Shown here in pieces: positions 1 to 29,605 of a DNA stretch of 36,296 nt. Under the pieces are notes generated by a model. It was not told the DNA's origin. It searched no databases and was given only the letters and a program-made list of their open reading frames with translations. Both the position numbers and the translations under genes were made by a program. Positions within the stretch are counted from its first letter, which is position 1; every line of letters starts with the position of its first letter. Source of the stretch: Octopus sinensis (Eukaryota); contig NW_021826253.1 of the NCBI RefSeq assembly GCF_006345805.1, forward strand, positions 1-36,296, in the 5' to 3' direction.

Positions 1-64
1 AAACATTGAGTGGCGGTTGGAGTGGGGTCCACCAGAATAAAATAATAATTAAAGGGGTCCCTTT

Positions 65-326
65 TACCTTTATTCATTTACTTGTTTTTATCATTTGATT
101 GCAGCCATGCTGGTGTACTGGCTTGAAGGGTTTTAGGGTTTTAGTCAAACAAAACGACCACGGGACTTATTTCTTAAGCATACTGCTTATTCTGTCAACC
201 TCTTTTGCTAAATCACTAAGTTCTGGAGATGTAAACACACCAGCACCGGTTGTCAAATGGTGATGAGGGGAGGGGGCACGCACATACACACCCACACATC
301 CACACACACCCATACATACATATATA

Positions 327-330
<4 letters not shown>
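65..330 (-). mobile_element. 3' half of an octopus-type tRNA-derived SINE (family B)
   Basis: Minus strand reads ...ttgacaaccggtgctggtgtgtttac...cagcatggctgcaatcaaatgataaaaacaagtaaa; related tails occur near 20220-20280 and 26765-26800. Confidence 0.6.
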
Positions 331-381
<51 letters not shown>

Positions 382-384
<3 letters not shown>

Positions 385-945
385 GTTGTCCGGAAAATTG
401 TTGCCGATTTTTAAAGGAAAGAAAAAGGTCAATAAATACCTGCCATTACATTTTTAATCATCCAAATATGAACCATTTTGTTGTAAGATGCGTCTCCATC
501 TTCCCTTTAACTTGAAAATACCCTCTTCCCAGAAATGAGGTGGTTTCATGGCAAAGAATTCATCAAGGTATCTTTTTACATCATCAAAGGAATTGAAATT
601 TTTACCATTAGGACTATTCTGCAGAGACCTGAATAAGTGAAAATCCGAAGGAGTAATATCTGGGGGAATATGGAGGGTGGAGTAACACGTCCCAGCCGAG
701 CTGCAGGAATTGTTGTCTGGTTCCCAAAGCATCAAGTGTCGAAAATGAACTTTCTTATCTTCCATTTCAAAGGGTTACAGAATTAATACAGGTTATAGGA
801 ACATAAACATTCTTCCACGAAAAGATAGCTTAAAGTGTGCTCTAAATGGAGGTGTAGTCAAATCCTATTTTATGGACGCAACCATATTCGAAAATAAGTC
901 GAAATATAAGCTACTATAAATCAGCATGAACTTTCCAGACAACCC

Positions 946-946
<1 letters not shown>
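382..946 (-). mobile_element. Internally deleted mariner element (C-terminal transposase fragment)
   Basis: Imperfect TIRs TGGGTTGTCCGGAAA / TTTCCAGACAACCCA in TA runs; minus-strand PPDITPSDFHLFRSLQ...FWEEGIFKLKGRWRRILQQNGSY matches the mariner SPDLAPSDYHLF region. Confidence 0.85.
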
Positions 947-1014
<68 letters not shown>

Positions 1015-1030
1015 TATATATATTATATTA

Positions 1031-1180
1031 TATTAAATTAGAGATAAAACCACTATTAGTCAAATAAAACAGTGAAAAACATAAGCCAATACATAAAATT
1101 GATTTAAAAATATAAAAGTTAAAAATTAAAAGATTATTTAAATAATTTAAATTTATAAATTTTAAATATATATATATACA

Positions 1181-1213
<33 letters not shown>

Positions 1214-1429
1214 ATTTTTATATTTATATATTATTTTATTTATTAATTAATTTATTTATTTATTTATTTTATTTTTTATATAAATATCAAAAGTATTAAA
1301 AGTTTAATGAAAGATAAAGACTAAACTTTTAATACGTTTGATATTTACATAAAAATAAATTTTTTTAAATAAATAAATAAATAAATTAATTAATTAATTA
1401 ATTAATTAAATAATATATAAATATATAAT

Positions 1430-1461
<32 letters not shown>

Positions 1462-1618
1462 GTATATTTGTATATATATATATTTAAAATTTATAAATTT
1501 AAATTATTTAAATAATTTTTTCAGTTTTAACTTTTATATTTTTAAATTAATTTTATGTATTGGCTTATGTTTTTCACTGTTTTATTTGCCTAATAGTGGT
1601 TTTATCTCTAATTTAATA
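1031..1618. repeat. ~590-bp AT-rich inverted repeat (foldback)
   Basis: Arms 1031-1306 and 1322-1618 are reverse complements (tattaaattagagataaaaccactattag... / ...ctaatagtggttttatctctaatttaata); 15-nt loop. Confidence 0.9.
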
Positions 1619-1620
1619 TA

Positions 1621-1690
<70 letters not shown>

Positions 1691-2232
1691 TACACACACA
1701 CACATATATATATGTATATATACATACACACACACACACACATATATATATATATCTTATATAGATAGATAGACAGATAGATAGATGGATAGATAGATTG
1801 ATAGATATAGATATAGATATAGGTATATATATAGATGTATATATAGATATAAGATCTAAGGATTGAGGTTTAGGAGGAAAAGTTGGCTTCAAGCAATGCG
1901 TAGTAAATAGAAAAACAACTTTCAGGAACAATGGTTTGTTGAGACAGAAGGTTTTGGATTATTTTTGTTATCGAAGTTTGATGAATTGGAAAAAGTTCTT
2001 TTTATATTTCATGGTAGTCAACCAGGGTTGCCGTAATGAATGCAGCAGTACAATTTGTACCTGCAAACATCAATCACTAAAACTATTCTCACAATACAAA
2101 TAACAACATCTCCACTCAGCCTTTTTCCCCTAACCTTCTCAAATTTTCCTTCTTATTTCAATACTAAAAGAATTTTGTTTTTCAATTTATCATACTTGAA
2201 TACGAAAAAATTCACAACCTTCCATCTCCCAT

Positions 2233-4015
2233 TTTGAGACTGACTACCCTTGGAAGCTTAAAAGTTTTCCGTTTTGGAACTACTTCTAGCAATTTCTTAT
2301 GTTTTCTTTTATTTTTACAGGTAATCCTTGGTTCACTGATATTTTTGTGGAGTCGGCACATCAAAAATATAGTAAAGAACTTCCATGGGTACTTCTTTCC
2401 TTGTAACCCTTTCTTCAGCAAACCCCTTTTAGCTGATTTATGTCTTTTACATTCCCATTTTGAACCTTACACCATGTACATGATTTTACCAATCCGTTTC
2501 ATTATTATGCCATCTTCCTAACCTTCTTTTCTATTTCTGTACACTCTGAAAAACACCTTATCACCAGTTTTTAAATACTTGGTCATATTTTTAGTGCTTT
2601 CCCTGGCTTTTACTTTTCTTCCAGATAATAACTTGTCAAAGCTGACGTAATTTTTCTTGCCAAGGTCAGTTCAGCAGGCAACATGCCTGAAGCGGTATTT
2701 GCGTTTTGTGTTACACAGTAAATGCTCAGGAATAGTTGCAATGTTACATCATCCACGACCTCATTTCTGGATTTCCTCAGCTTATCTGTTCGATCTTGGG
2801 TAACCCAGAGAAGTAGTGATATGCTTAATTGAGAGTGTCTTGCAAAATCTCTTAAATTCACTTGCAATAAATTGTTTACCATTATCAGGAGATCATGGTG
2901 CCCGGAACACCACACTTTGCAAAATGTTCGTGTAGTAAATCCACTGTTACTGTGGAGGTCAGTTTTCTACATTTATACATTTCTGGCAATTTTGTAAATC
3001 TATATACCCCTATTAGATAATAAGATCCATTTAATGGTCCTGCTAAATTTATGGTGTAGCCTGGTCCATGGAAAATCAGTCTTGGGCAAAGATCGAAATT
3101 TTGAAGGTGGTGACTTTGCTGCAAGAGCACAGCCTCTGCAGGATTTTACCAGCTTCTCGATATCTAGATCTACTTTTGGCCAGTACAGATAACTACTACT
3201 AAGTGACTTCATTCTAGAAATTCCTGAATGTCTAGTGTGGAATTCCTTTAACATTTGATCTTGTAATGAGGCAGGCACTACGATCATCTGTGCATACATA
3301 AGCACATTATCACATATCAAACACAAGTTCAAAACTGTGTTTCATCCAACAAAACACATTTTTCATTTGTTTCTTCTGATCTCTCTATTTTTTCATTTTC
3401 ATAATAAACTCATCCATCTCCGCCTTAATTTTTATTTCATCCAATATGATAGGTAATTCATGCACAACATTGCATAATATACCTTTTATTCCATTTTCGG
3501 CTCTTAACGCCACTATCACTGTGTCTCCTAGTGGTTCACTATATTTTAGTATTAAACCTCAACAAACTATCTGAATGTACCTATTTTTTAGACAGCAAAT
3601 ACTCCATTTTTAAGTCATGATTCCCTAAGATCATTCCCCAGCATTGCATTCTGTTGGCTGCATGTGTGGGAATACAATTTTTTACCCATAGATTGATAAT
3701 AATGGGTGGTGGTCTGTCTGCAAGCAGAATTGTCTTCCAAGGATAAATTTATGGAATTTCATTACCACAAATATGATGGCTAATTCTTCCTTCTCTATTT
3801 GACTGTAAATTTTCTCAGCCAGAAATAAGGAATGCATGAGCTACAGCTTTCATGCTAGCATCTTCATAATTGTGTAAATTCACAGCTCCAATACCATTTT
3901 CACTAGTGTCTGATGCCACTACCGTTTGTAAATTCGGGTCAAAATGTGATAATGAGAATTCTGACATTAAGAAATTTCTTCCAAAGCTTCTTGGTACTTG
4001 TCTGACCAGTTTCAC
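2233..4015 (-). mobile_element. Degenerate Ty3/Gypsy pol fragment (RNase H, H2C2 zinc finger, integrase)
   Basis: LSHFDPNLQTVVASDTSENGIGAV; [13 protein letters not shown]...[18 protein letters not shown]; HTRHSGISRMKSL...YWPKVDLDIEKLVKSCRGC; AGPLNGSYYLI; SGMLPAELTLARKI; several stops and frameshifts. Confidence 0.85.
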
Positions 4016-4611
4016 TTAAATACTCTTATAAGTCGATACTGTTTTCTCCTGTGTTAGCAGTGCTATTAAATCACATGTTAAAGTCATCTCTAAAGATTTC
4101 CTTAAGAAATTATAGCCAGCACTCATTTGCTTCAGATACGAAACGTCATAACAAACCACTGCTGGTTACAATTTCTCCTGAAAATCTAAAATGATAACCG
4201 TAACAAGCTCTTACTTTTGTTTCCAGTCATACTAATCTTTTTTGGTTTCAGTTTCAAAGATGTAAAGAAAACTTCCAAGATATCCGGCACGACCATTACT
4301 CATTTTACTCTTGATCTAACAAAATCAGTTCCTTGATTAATTAACAATCTATCTGGGACACGAGCAATTCAACAGCAGAATCCTCAACGACTTCTTCGAA
4401 CCCTCCATCATTTGCAAGTGTCCCATCACCTAAGTTTGATGTAGAATTTGTTCTTGTGGAAAATTTATAGAATTTTATTTTTCTAAGCATCATACATAGT
4501 TGAGGGTCCCACTTTATCCCATGACACAACAATTATCTCTTCTGTTTATCTTCACCAGAATTCCAGCTTTTGAAAATTCAGAAAGACGAAAGAAATTTCT
4601 AAATTATCAGT

Positions 4612-22417
<17,806 letters not shown>

Positions 22418-23090
22418 AGAATGGTTTATGATTTAACATTTTTGGTATGATTGACTACATTATAGCTGTTGTCAGTTTAATAGATGAACTCAAACATATC
22501 ACAGTCTGATGAAGGATAAGCAAGCCGAAACTTCGAAGCCGTGTCAAAGCTGTTCTTGTTAAAGAATAATAAATAAAACGATTGAAAAGGTTGCAAGACG
22601 CAACGAAAATTTTAGGATAATAAAAATAAGAAAAACGTGGAAATTTTACCGGTGAGTGTGTTACATAATAAGGCAAAAAAGAAAACGACTCTCCTCAGAC
22701 ACAATAGAATATGCTTCAACACACGAACTCATATAAAGACTCCTGCAAACCAAATCCCAAAACGAAAAATAGTAAATAAATACTCGAGAAAAAGTATTCT
22801 GTTTAAAGTAAAATTATTGTCAGATAACCAGATATTGGATAGCTGGATGGTTATCTAAAACACATGTGTTTCCGAGTCAGAGATGGAAGGCATAGAATAA
22901 ATATTCGACTGTTCCTTGTGGCAGGAGGTGACAAAATGCCACATTTCGTTTGTGGTTGTTGTAAAAAGGAGAGAGCGGGAACGAAATGAAGTCACGGAAA
23001 ATAATTGTGGAATTTACTAAGAGTTACGTCCCCTGGTCTCTAAATTCTTATGTTTGGCTATAAGAATGCGAATCTATTGGGTAGAAATAT

Positions 23091-23153
23091 GTGTAGGGTG
23101 TTAAGGGGTTGGTAGGCGTGTAGGGTGTTAAGGGGTTGGTAGGCGTGTAGGGT
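23091..23153. repeat. 2.3 copies of a 27-bp G-rich unit
   Basis: gtgtagggtgttaaggggttggtaggc x2 plus gtgtagggt. Confidence 0.9.
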
Positions 23154-23271
23154 TGATAAATGTTTTCGGAGTTCTTTGGTGGGGTTTGAATAGGGGCGCA
23201 GATGCCTGAACCTTTAACACCCTGTTTGGGAACGTATTCATATGTGCATTTATATGTATATAGTATTTTTG

Positions 23272-23585
23272 AAGGCACGTGACTTAGTGGCAAGGGGCCA
23301 TTCGTCTCGCGGTCGTAAGGCCCTTAGTTCGATTCCCGTTGGCGCGTTGTATCCTTGAGCAAGATACTTTATTTCACGTTGCTCCAGTCCACTCACCTGG
23401 CGAACATGAGAAATACCTATGGTTCAAAGGGCCAGCCCAATTACACCCTGCATCATGCTGAAATCTCCCCGAGAACTACGTTAAGTGTATATGTGTCTGT
23501 GGAGTACTCAGCCACTTTCACGTTAATTCCACGGCAGGACGTTCCGTTGATCAGATCAACTGGAACCCTCGTCATTGTAACCGAC
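23272..23585 (+). mobile_element. Family C tRNA-derived SINE
   Basis: ggcacgtgacttagtggcaagg...agttcgattcccg...ttgagcaagatactttatttcacgttgctccagtccactc. Confidence 0.65.
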
Positions 23586-23908
23586 ATAGTGTCACTCATA
23601 TATATATATGGTTTAGCTAAAGACTTGGTTGTGTTCCCAGGATGTAATAAGGGGAAGGCTGATAGGGGACAGTTTAGTGATTATAGTCCTGGTGAAGTAT
23701 GTCATCATCCTCATCATCCTCATTTAACTTCCGTGCACCAGACTTCTGTGACAGTTTTGGCGGGATTTTTACAGCTGGATGCCTTTCCTAATACCAACCA
23801 ATCAGCAAATTACAGAATAATTGTCACCTATTATATTTACAGATAAATTCCTCTATTTACATAATATCGAGTTTTCTTTCATTCTTTTGCTGTCTTACCA
23901 TTTCTATC

Positions 23909-23948
<40 letters not shown>

Positions 23949-24214
23949 TATATATATAATGTATGTATGTATGTATGTATATATATATATATATTATATG
24001 TATGTATGTATATGTACATATGTATGTATAGTTGAAATTTACAGAAAAACAAATGACAAAGACAGGTTATATACAACAAACAGGTTATTAGTCTGACGCC
24101 CGGGAAGGTGAGAAAGTCTACAGAAGGAACACGGTGAAATAAACAGAGAGAGGGGGGAGGGAGAGAGAGAGCATGAAAAAAACTTTTGGAGTTAGCAGTC
24201 AATCATGGAGTTAG

Positions 24215-24300
24215 TTATATATATTATTTATATATATATATATACATATATTATATATATATAATATATATATACATATATATATATAATATAAACGTAT

Positions 24301-24394
<94 letters not shown>

Positions 24395-24448
24395 CATAAT
24401 ATTATAATATATATTATATATACATATATTATATATATATATATATAC

Positions 24449-24508
<60 letters not shown>

Positions 24509-24600
24509 TATAATATATATATAATATATAATATATATATCCATATATATATATATATACATATATATACATATATATGTATAATATATATATATATATG

Positions 24601-24641
<41 letters not shown>

Positions 24642-24655
24642 ATATATATATATAC

Positions 24656-24740
<85 letters not shown>

Positions 24741-24789
24741 TATATATCTATTATATATATATTAATATATATATAATTATATATATATG

Positions 24790-24825
<36 letters not shown>

Positions 24826-24910
24826 ATATATATATATATATAATATATATATATATCTATATATATATATAATATATATCTATATATATTATATATATAA
24901 CATACATATG
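24215..24910. repeat. ~700-bp interrupted (TA)n tract
   Basis: Directly visible. Confidence 0.95.
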
Positions 24911-25366
24911 TAGCGGATATGCAATATGCTGGAATGCGAAGAGTATGTTGATTTCACGAAAGAAAGACAGTGGCCGAAGTTGTGAATAACGTATTTATTT
25001 CTCCACTACATATAATTACAGCCAAACCACGACGGGTAGACGTGTATGAAAATAGTTGGATAGCATACGAGGTAACGAGAGTTATATTTTCTAGTGAAAG
25101 GGTGGATTGCGTTCTAGCAGCCGTACATAAATAAATCAAGTGATGTTGTCGAAATGAAAGTGAGTGGGTAAGAAAGTTAGAGAGGGTTTGACTGGACAAC
25201 TGTATCGTTGGGGAATTCCATAGCTGACCCTCTATGACGTTCTGTCGAGATGGTATTTGGAACCGGTCGGCCTGCTCTTTGTCTGTTGTCTCTCCAAATG
25301 TTTGTATTTATAGTAATATACTTTTCTACTCGAAAGTTTGGGGAAGGGGTCCAGTCGATTAGATCT

Positions 25367-25641
25367 AAAGGGGCTAAACACATAGAGGACAAACAAGGAC
25401 AGACAAACAGATTAAGTCGATTACATCGACCCCAGTACGTAACTGGTACTTATTTAATCGACCCCGAAAGGATGAAAGGCAAAGTCGACCGCGGCTGAAT
25501 TTGAACTCAGAACGTAGCGACAGACGAAATACCTATTTCTTTACTACCCACAAGGGGCTAAACACAGAGAGGACAAACAAGGACAGACAAACGGATTAAG
25601 TCGATTATATCGACCCCAGTGCGTATCTGGTACTTATTTAA
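25367..25641 (-). mobile_element. Two abutting partial family A SINEs
   Basis: Reverse complement of the 7641-7877 sequence; the 3' part (gggctaaacac...ggtacttattta) occurs twice. Confidence 0.8.
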
Positions 25642-26034
25642 CACCTTAACAAAAACCGTTGCAATTGGTGACCCTCAACTGCAACGAAGTACTAACCGTT
25701 ACAAGAGGGAAATACCTTAATCATGGTTCCCTTATTGACAGAACCATGGGTGGAATGGCAAGAGAGAAGTTTTAGATTGGAAATTCGAATCTCAGCCAGG
25801 AAGAGAAATTCAATTTCTACACACACACACAAACACACACATCAGTAGATGTTTTGGGTTTAGCACACAACCAGAAATCTCCACAGAAATAGTGATATCG
25901 ACAGGTTTCTCTACGTGAGAAGAGATAAAGGAGGTAGGCGTTTGAGATCCGTGCATACAGCATTTGAAATGTCACATAGTCTCTCTGATAGCACTAAATA
26001 CTAGACAGATACAGGAAAGATATACGAAGAAAAG

Positions 26035-26035
26035 T

Positions 26036-26069
<34 letters not shown>

Positions 26070-26111
26070 GATAGATAGATAGATAGATAGATAGAAAGAT
26101 AGATAAGTAGG

Positions 26112-26153
<42 letters not shown>

Positions 26154-26238
26154 TAGATAGAGAGATAGATAGAGAGTATGTGTATGAGAGAGAGAGAGAG
26201 AAAGAGAGATAGTTAGACAGACAGACAGACAGATAGGC

Positions 26239-26275
<37 letters not shown>

Positions 26276-26400
26276 TAGAGAGAGTGCTCTTGACAGAGAT
26301 TGGAGAAATATGAGATGGGAGAGAGAGAGAAAGAAAGAAAGAATGGAAGAAAGGAAGAAAGAAAGAAAGAGAGAGACTGGAGAAAGATATAGAGAAGAAA
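26035..26400. repeat. (GATA)n/(GA)n compound microsatellite
   Basis: Directly visible. Confidence 0.95.
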
Positions 26401-26819
26401 GGACAACGAATCAATATCTGGTGTCTATCAAATTATATAGAACACTTGAGCCGATAGAGTAATTAGACTGTGACAGGGAGTGGGGAATAACCCACCCGGA
26501 TATTCATTCAGTGTGTAGTTTTCGTGAGGTAATGAAGGAGAAAAATTCAGTTTTTCCACATTTATATCAACCGCTGTCGTCGTTAAAGAATGAAGAAGAT
26601 CTAGGCACATTGGATTATATAGTCCTAGATACACAGTGTTTTAAAATAAGAGGTGATGGTCACAGCTAAGACGTCTTTTTGAACCTGTAGGTCTGCTTGT
26701 TCAGGATTGAAGGGAGTTTAAAGGACTTCAACGTCAGGAGCAGGTGATTATTATTTTAAATACCTTTTATTTGTTTCAGTCATTGGACCGTGACCATGTT
26801 GTACACACACACACACAAA

Positions 26820-27790
26820 ACACCATATTCCAACCACGCCTGTTCCCCTCTGGTAGGCAGCATCTTCTCTCCTCCAACATGGACTAACTCCAAAAGGGAG
26901 ATGGATGAAGCTCTATCACAGTGGGGAGAGAGCTGGGTTTGTCAGTTCCGGTTATAGTGGAGGATTGATGGAAATAGAGAGTATCGGACAATCTGCATTC
27001 AGGTGCCACTCTCAACTCTCTCCTTGATAAATCTGATTAATTTTCAAGGTGTCACCTAATTTCAGCTCATGTAAAATTCTCGGGGAACTGGATTGATGCC
27101 TGTGGCCACATTGGGGGTCTACTCAGTCTAGATCGGTGGTTCTCAACCAGGGTCCATAAAAGTTCTTTTAGGGTCTACACAACAAAATAGTGAATTGGGG
27201 ACCCACAATAGTATTTCAAGGGGACTTGAAAAAATTTTGCTTTAGTTGTAAGATGTTGTTGTTTGTTCCTTCTCGAGCCATTCCTGGCTCCTAAGGACCA
27301 GTTTCCCGGTTTCAAGGACGTATAGATTCTCCTCCTGGATGGGACCTTGGTCTGTCGCGGGTGAGCTGCTAGATACAGGAGGAGAGAGTGAGAGAAATTT
27401 AGTAGCCCCTTCAACCCCACAGGTCTTCACAGTCTGCCTTACCACCCAAATGCTGGTTTGTTTTGCTCATCACACCGAGCTAAACCTAATTATTAAGCAA
27501 ACCCTGACTCAGATTAATATCTTCTCAGTCCAGGAGCCGTTGGGGTTATCCCGAAGTGGTGGAAAGAGACCAGATGGTCTTACCCTCTGTCCCTGGGTCA
27601 GAGGTAAGCCCCTCATTTGGGAACCCACAGTCTGAAACTCATTTTTCCCCCACCACATCCTGGATGCTGCAATTAATGGGAGGGTTACTGCTTCCGTAGC
27701 CGAATAGAAGAAAACCCTGAAGTATTGGGACCTAACAGTGAACATTCTCTTCCAACTTGTGGCATTTAAGACGTTCGGAGGGACTGGGCC
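26820..27790 (+). mobile_element. Degenerate CRE-like non-LTR retrotransposon 3' region (restriction-like endonuclease), interrupted near 27133 by a hAT-type MITE end
   Basis: HHTELNLIIKQTL...QEPLGLSRSGGKRPDGLTLCPWVRGKPLIWE resembles the RH..LN.II..EP.GL...GKRPDG.T..PW..GK.L.WD motif; SGNWIDA upstream; cggtggttctcaacc at ~27133. Confidence 0.65.
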
Positions 27791-27849
27791 CCTAACTGAA
27801 AATTGTAAAACTGAAACTAGTTTTCTTCATAATAGTTCTGTTCCTGCAT

Positions 27850-28226
27850 TGTTATGATATAATTTCAGTGTTATGATATAATCTCAATATTATGATATAA
27901 TCTCTGTGTTATGATATAATCTCAATATTATGATATAATCTCAGTGTTATGATATAATCTCAGTGTTATGATATAATCTCAGTGTTATGATATAATCTCA
28001 GTGTTATGATATAATCTCAGTATTATGATATAATCTCAGTGTTATGATATAATCTCAATATTATGATATAATCTCAGTGTTATGATATAATCTCAGCGTT
28101 ATGATATAATGTCAGCGTTATGATATAATCTCACTATTATGATATAATCTCAGTGTTATGATATAATCTCAGTATTATGATATAATCTCAGTGTTATGAT
28201 ATAATCTCAGTGTTATGATATAATCT
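27850..28226. repeat. 19-bp minisatellite, ~20 copies (tgttatgatataatctcag)
   Basis: 19 full units plus 16 nt; variants only at the cagtg/caata/cagta/cagcg junction. Confidence 0.95.
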
Positions 28227-28721
28227 GGCCCTGATTATGTCCTAACACTCAGAATGAAACATTATCTAGAATTCATTTTTGGGTAATAATACTTTACACT
28301 CGAATAAGGATGTGATTAATATCACTGTTTCCCTCTGTCTCTGCCTCTGTCTGTCTCTGACTGTCAGTCAGTCTCTCTTACTCTCTCTCTCTCTATCTTT
28401 CTATCTCTCTCCTTCTCTCTCTCTCCTTCTCTCTCTTTCTCCTTCTCTCTCTTTCCCTGTTTGTACAATTGTGCATGTATACTGATGACTCACAGCTCAT
28501 TTTTTAAAAACCTGTGTGGAATTCCAGTTACGTGTGCATCTGTCTCCGCTTTCAATGATAATACACACATGCATGCACACACACACACATACACACACAC
28601 ACACACACACACATACAAGTATGCGCTTGCTCACACAAGCACACGTACACATACATATGTTCATACGTTCACACATACATACACACACATACATACATAC
28701 GTACGAGAAACAATTATGTCA

Positions 28722-28991
28722 GCAACTTCCTGGCACATTTGCTGGTGGCATGAGAAACAACATTCAAGCGAGGTCGTTGCCAGTGCCGCTGGACTGGCTC
28801 CTGTGCAGCTGACACAAAAAAGTACCATTTGAGCGTGGCCGTTGCCAGTACCGCCTGACTGGCCCTCGTGCCGGTGACATAGAGCTGAAGGGCATCAAGT
28901 TGTAGAAACTCTGCCAGATCAGATTGGAGCCTGGTGCAGCTCTCTTTTTAGCATGGAAAGCAGATGTTAAACGATGATGATGATGATGATG
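28722..28991 (+). mobile_element. Family E element ending in (GAT)n
   Basis: ...ggcatcaagttgtagaaactctgccagatcagattggagcc...gttaaacgatgatgatgat. Confidence 0.65.
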
Positions 28992-29605
28992 AATATACAG
29001 CAAAATATATTAAATACTTTTATAAGTCAATACTGTTTTCTCCTGTGTTAGCAGTGCTATTAAATCACATGTTAAAGTCATCTCTAAAGATTTCCTTAAG
29101 AAATTATAGCCAGCACTCATTTGCTTCGGATACAAAACACCATAACAAACCACTGCTGGTTACAATTTCTCCCGAAAATCTGAAGAGATAACCGTAACAA
29201 GCTCTTACTTTTGTTTCCAGTCATACTAATCTTTTTTGGTTTCAGTTTCAAAGATGTAAAGGAAACTTCCAAGATATCCAGCACGACCATTACTCATTTT
29301 ACTCTTGATCTAACAAAGTCAGTTCCTTGATTAATTAAAAATCTATCTGGGACACGAGCAATTCAACAACAGAATCCTCGACGACTTCTTCAAACCCTCC
29401 ATCATTTGCAAGTTTACCATCACCTAAGTTTGATGTAGACTTTGTACAAGTGGAAAATTTATAAAATTTTATTTTTCTAAGCATCATACATAGTTGAGGG
29501 TTCCACTTTATCCCATGACACAACAATTATCTCTTCTGTTTATCTTCACCAGAATTCCAGCTTTTGAAAATTCAGAAAAACAAAAGAAATTTCTAAATTA
29601 TCAGT

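Noticed and set aside
23091-23153. Possible G-quadruplex or telomere-like repeat
   Set aside because: Only 2.3 units and no TTAGGG array; a function cannot be supported
27850-28226. CRISPR-like appearance of the 19-bp array
   Set aside because: Units are directly adjacent with no unique spacers; eukaryotic context; no cas genes
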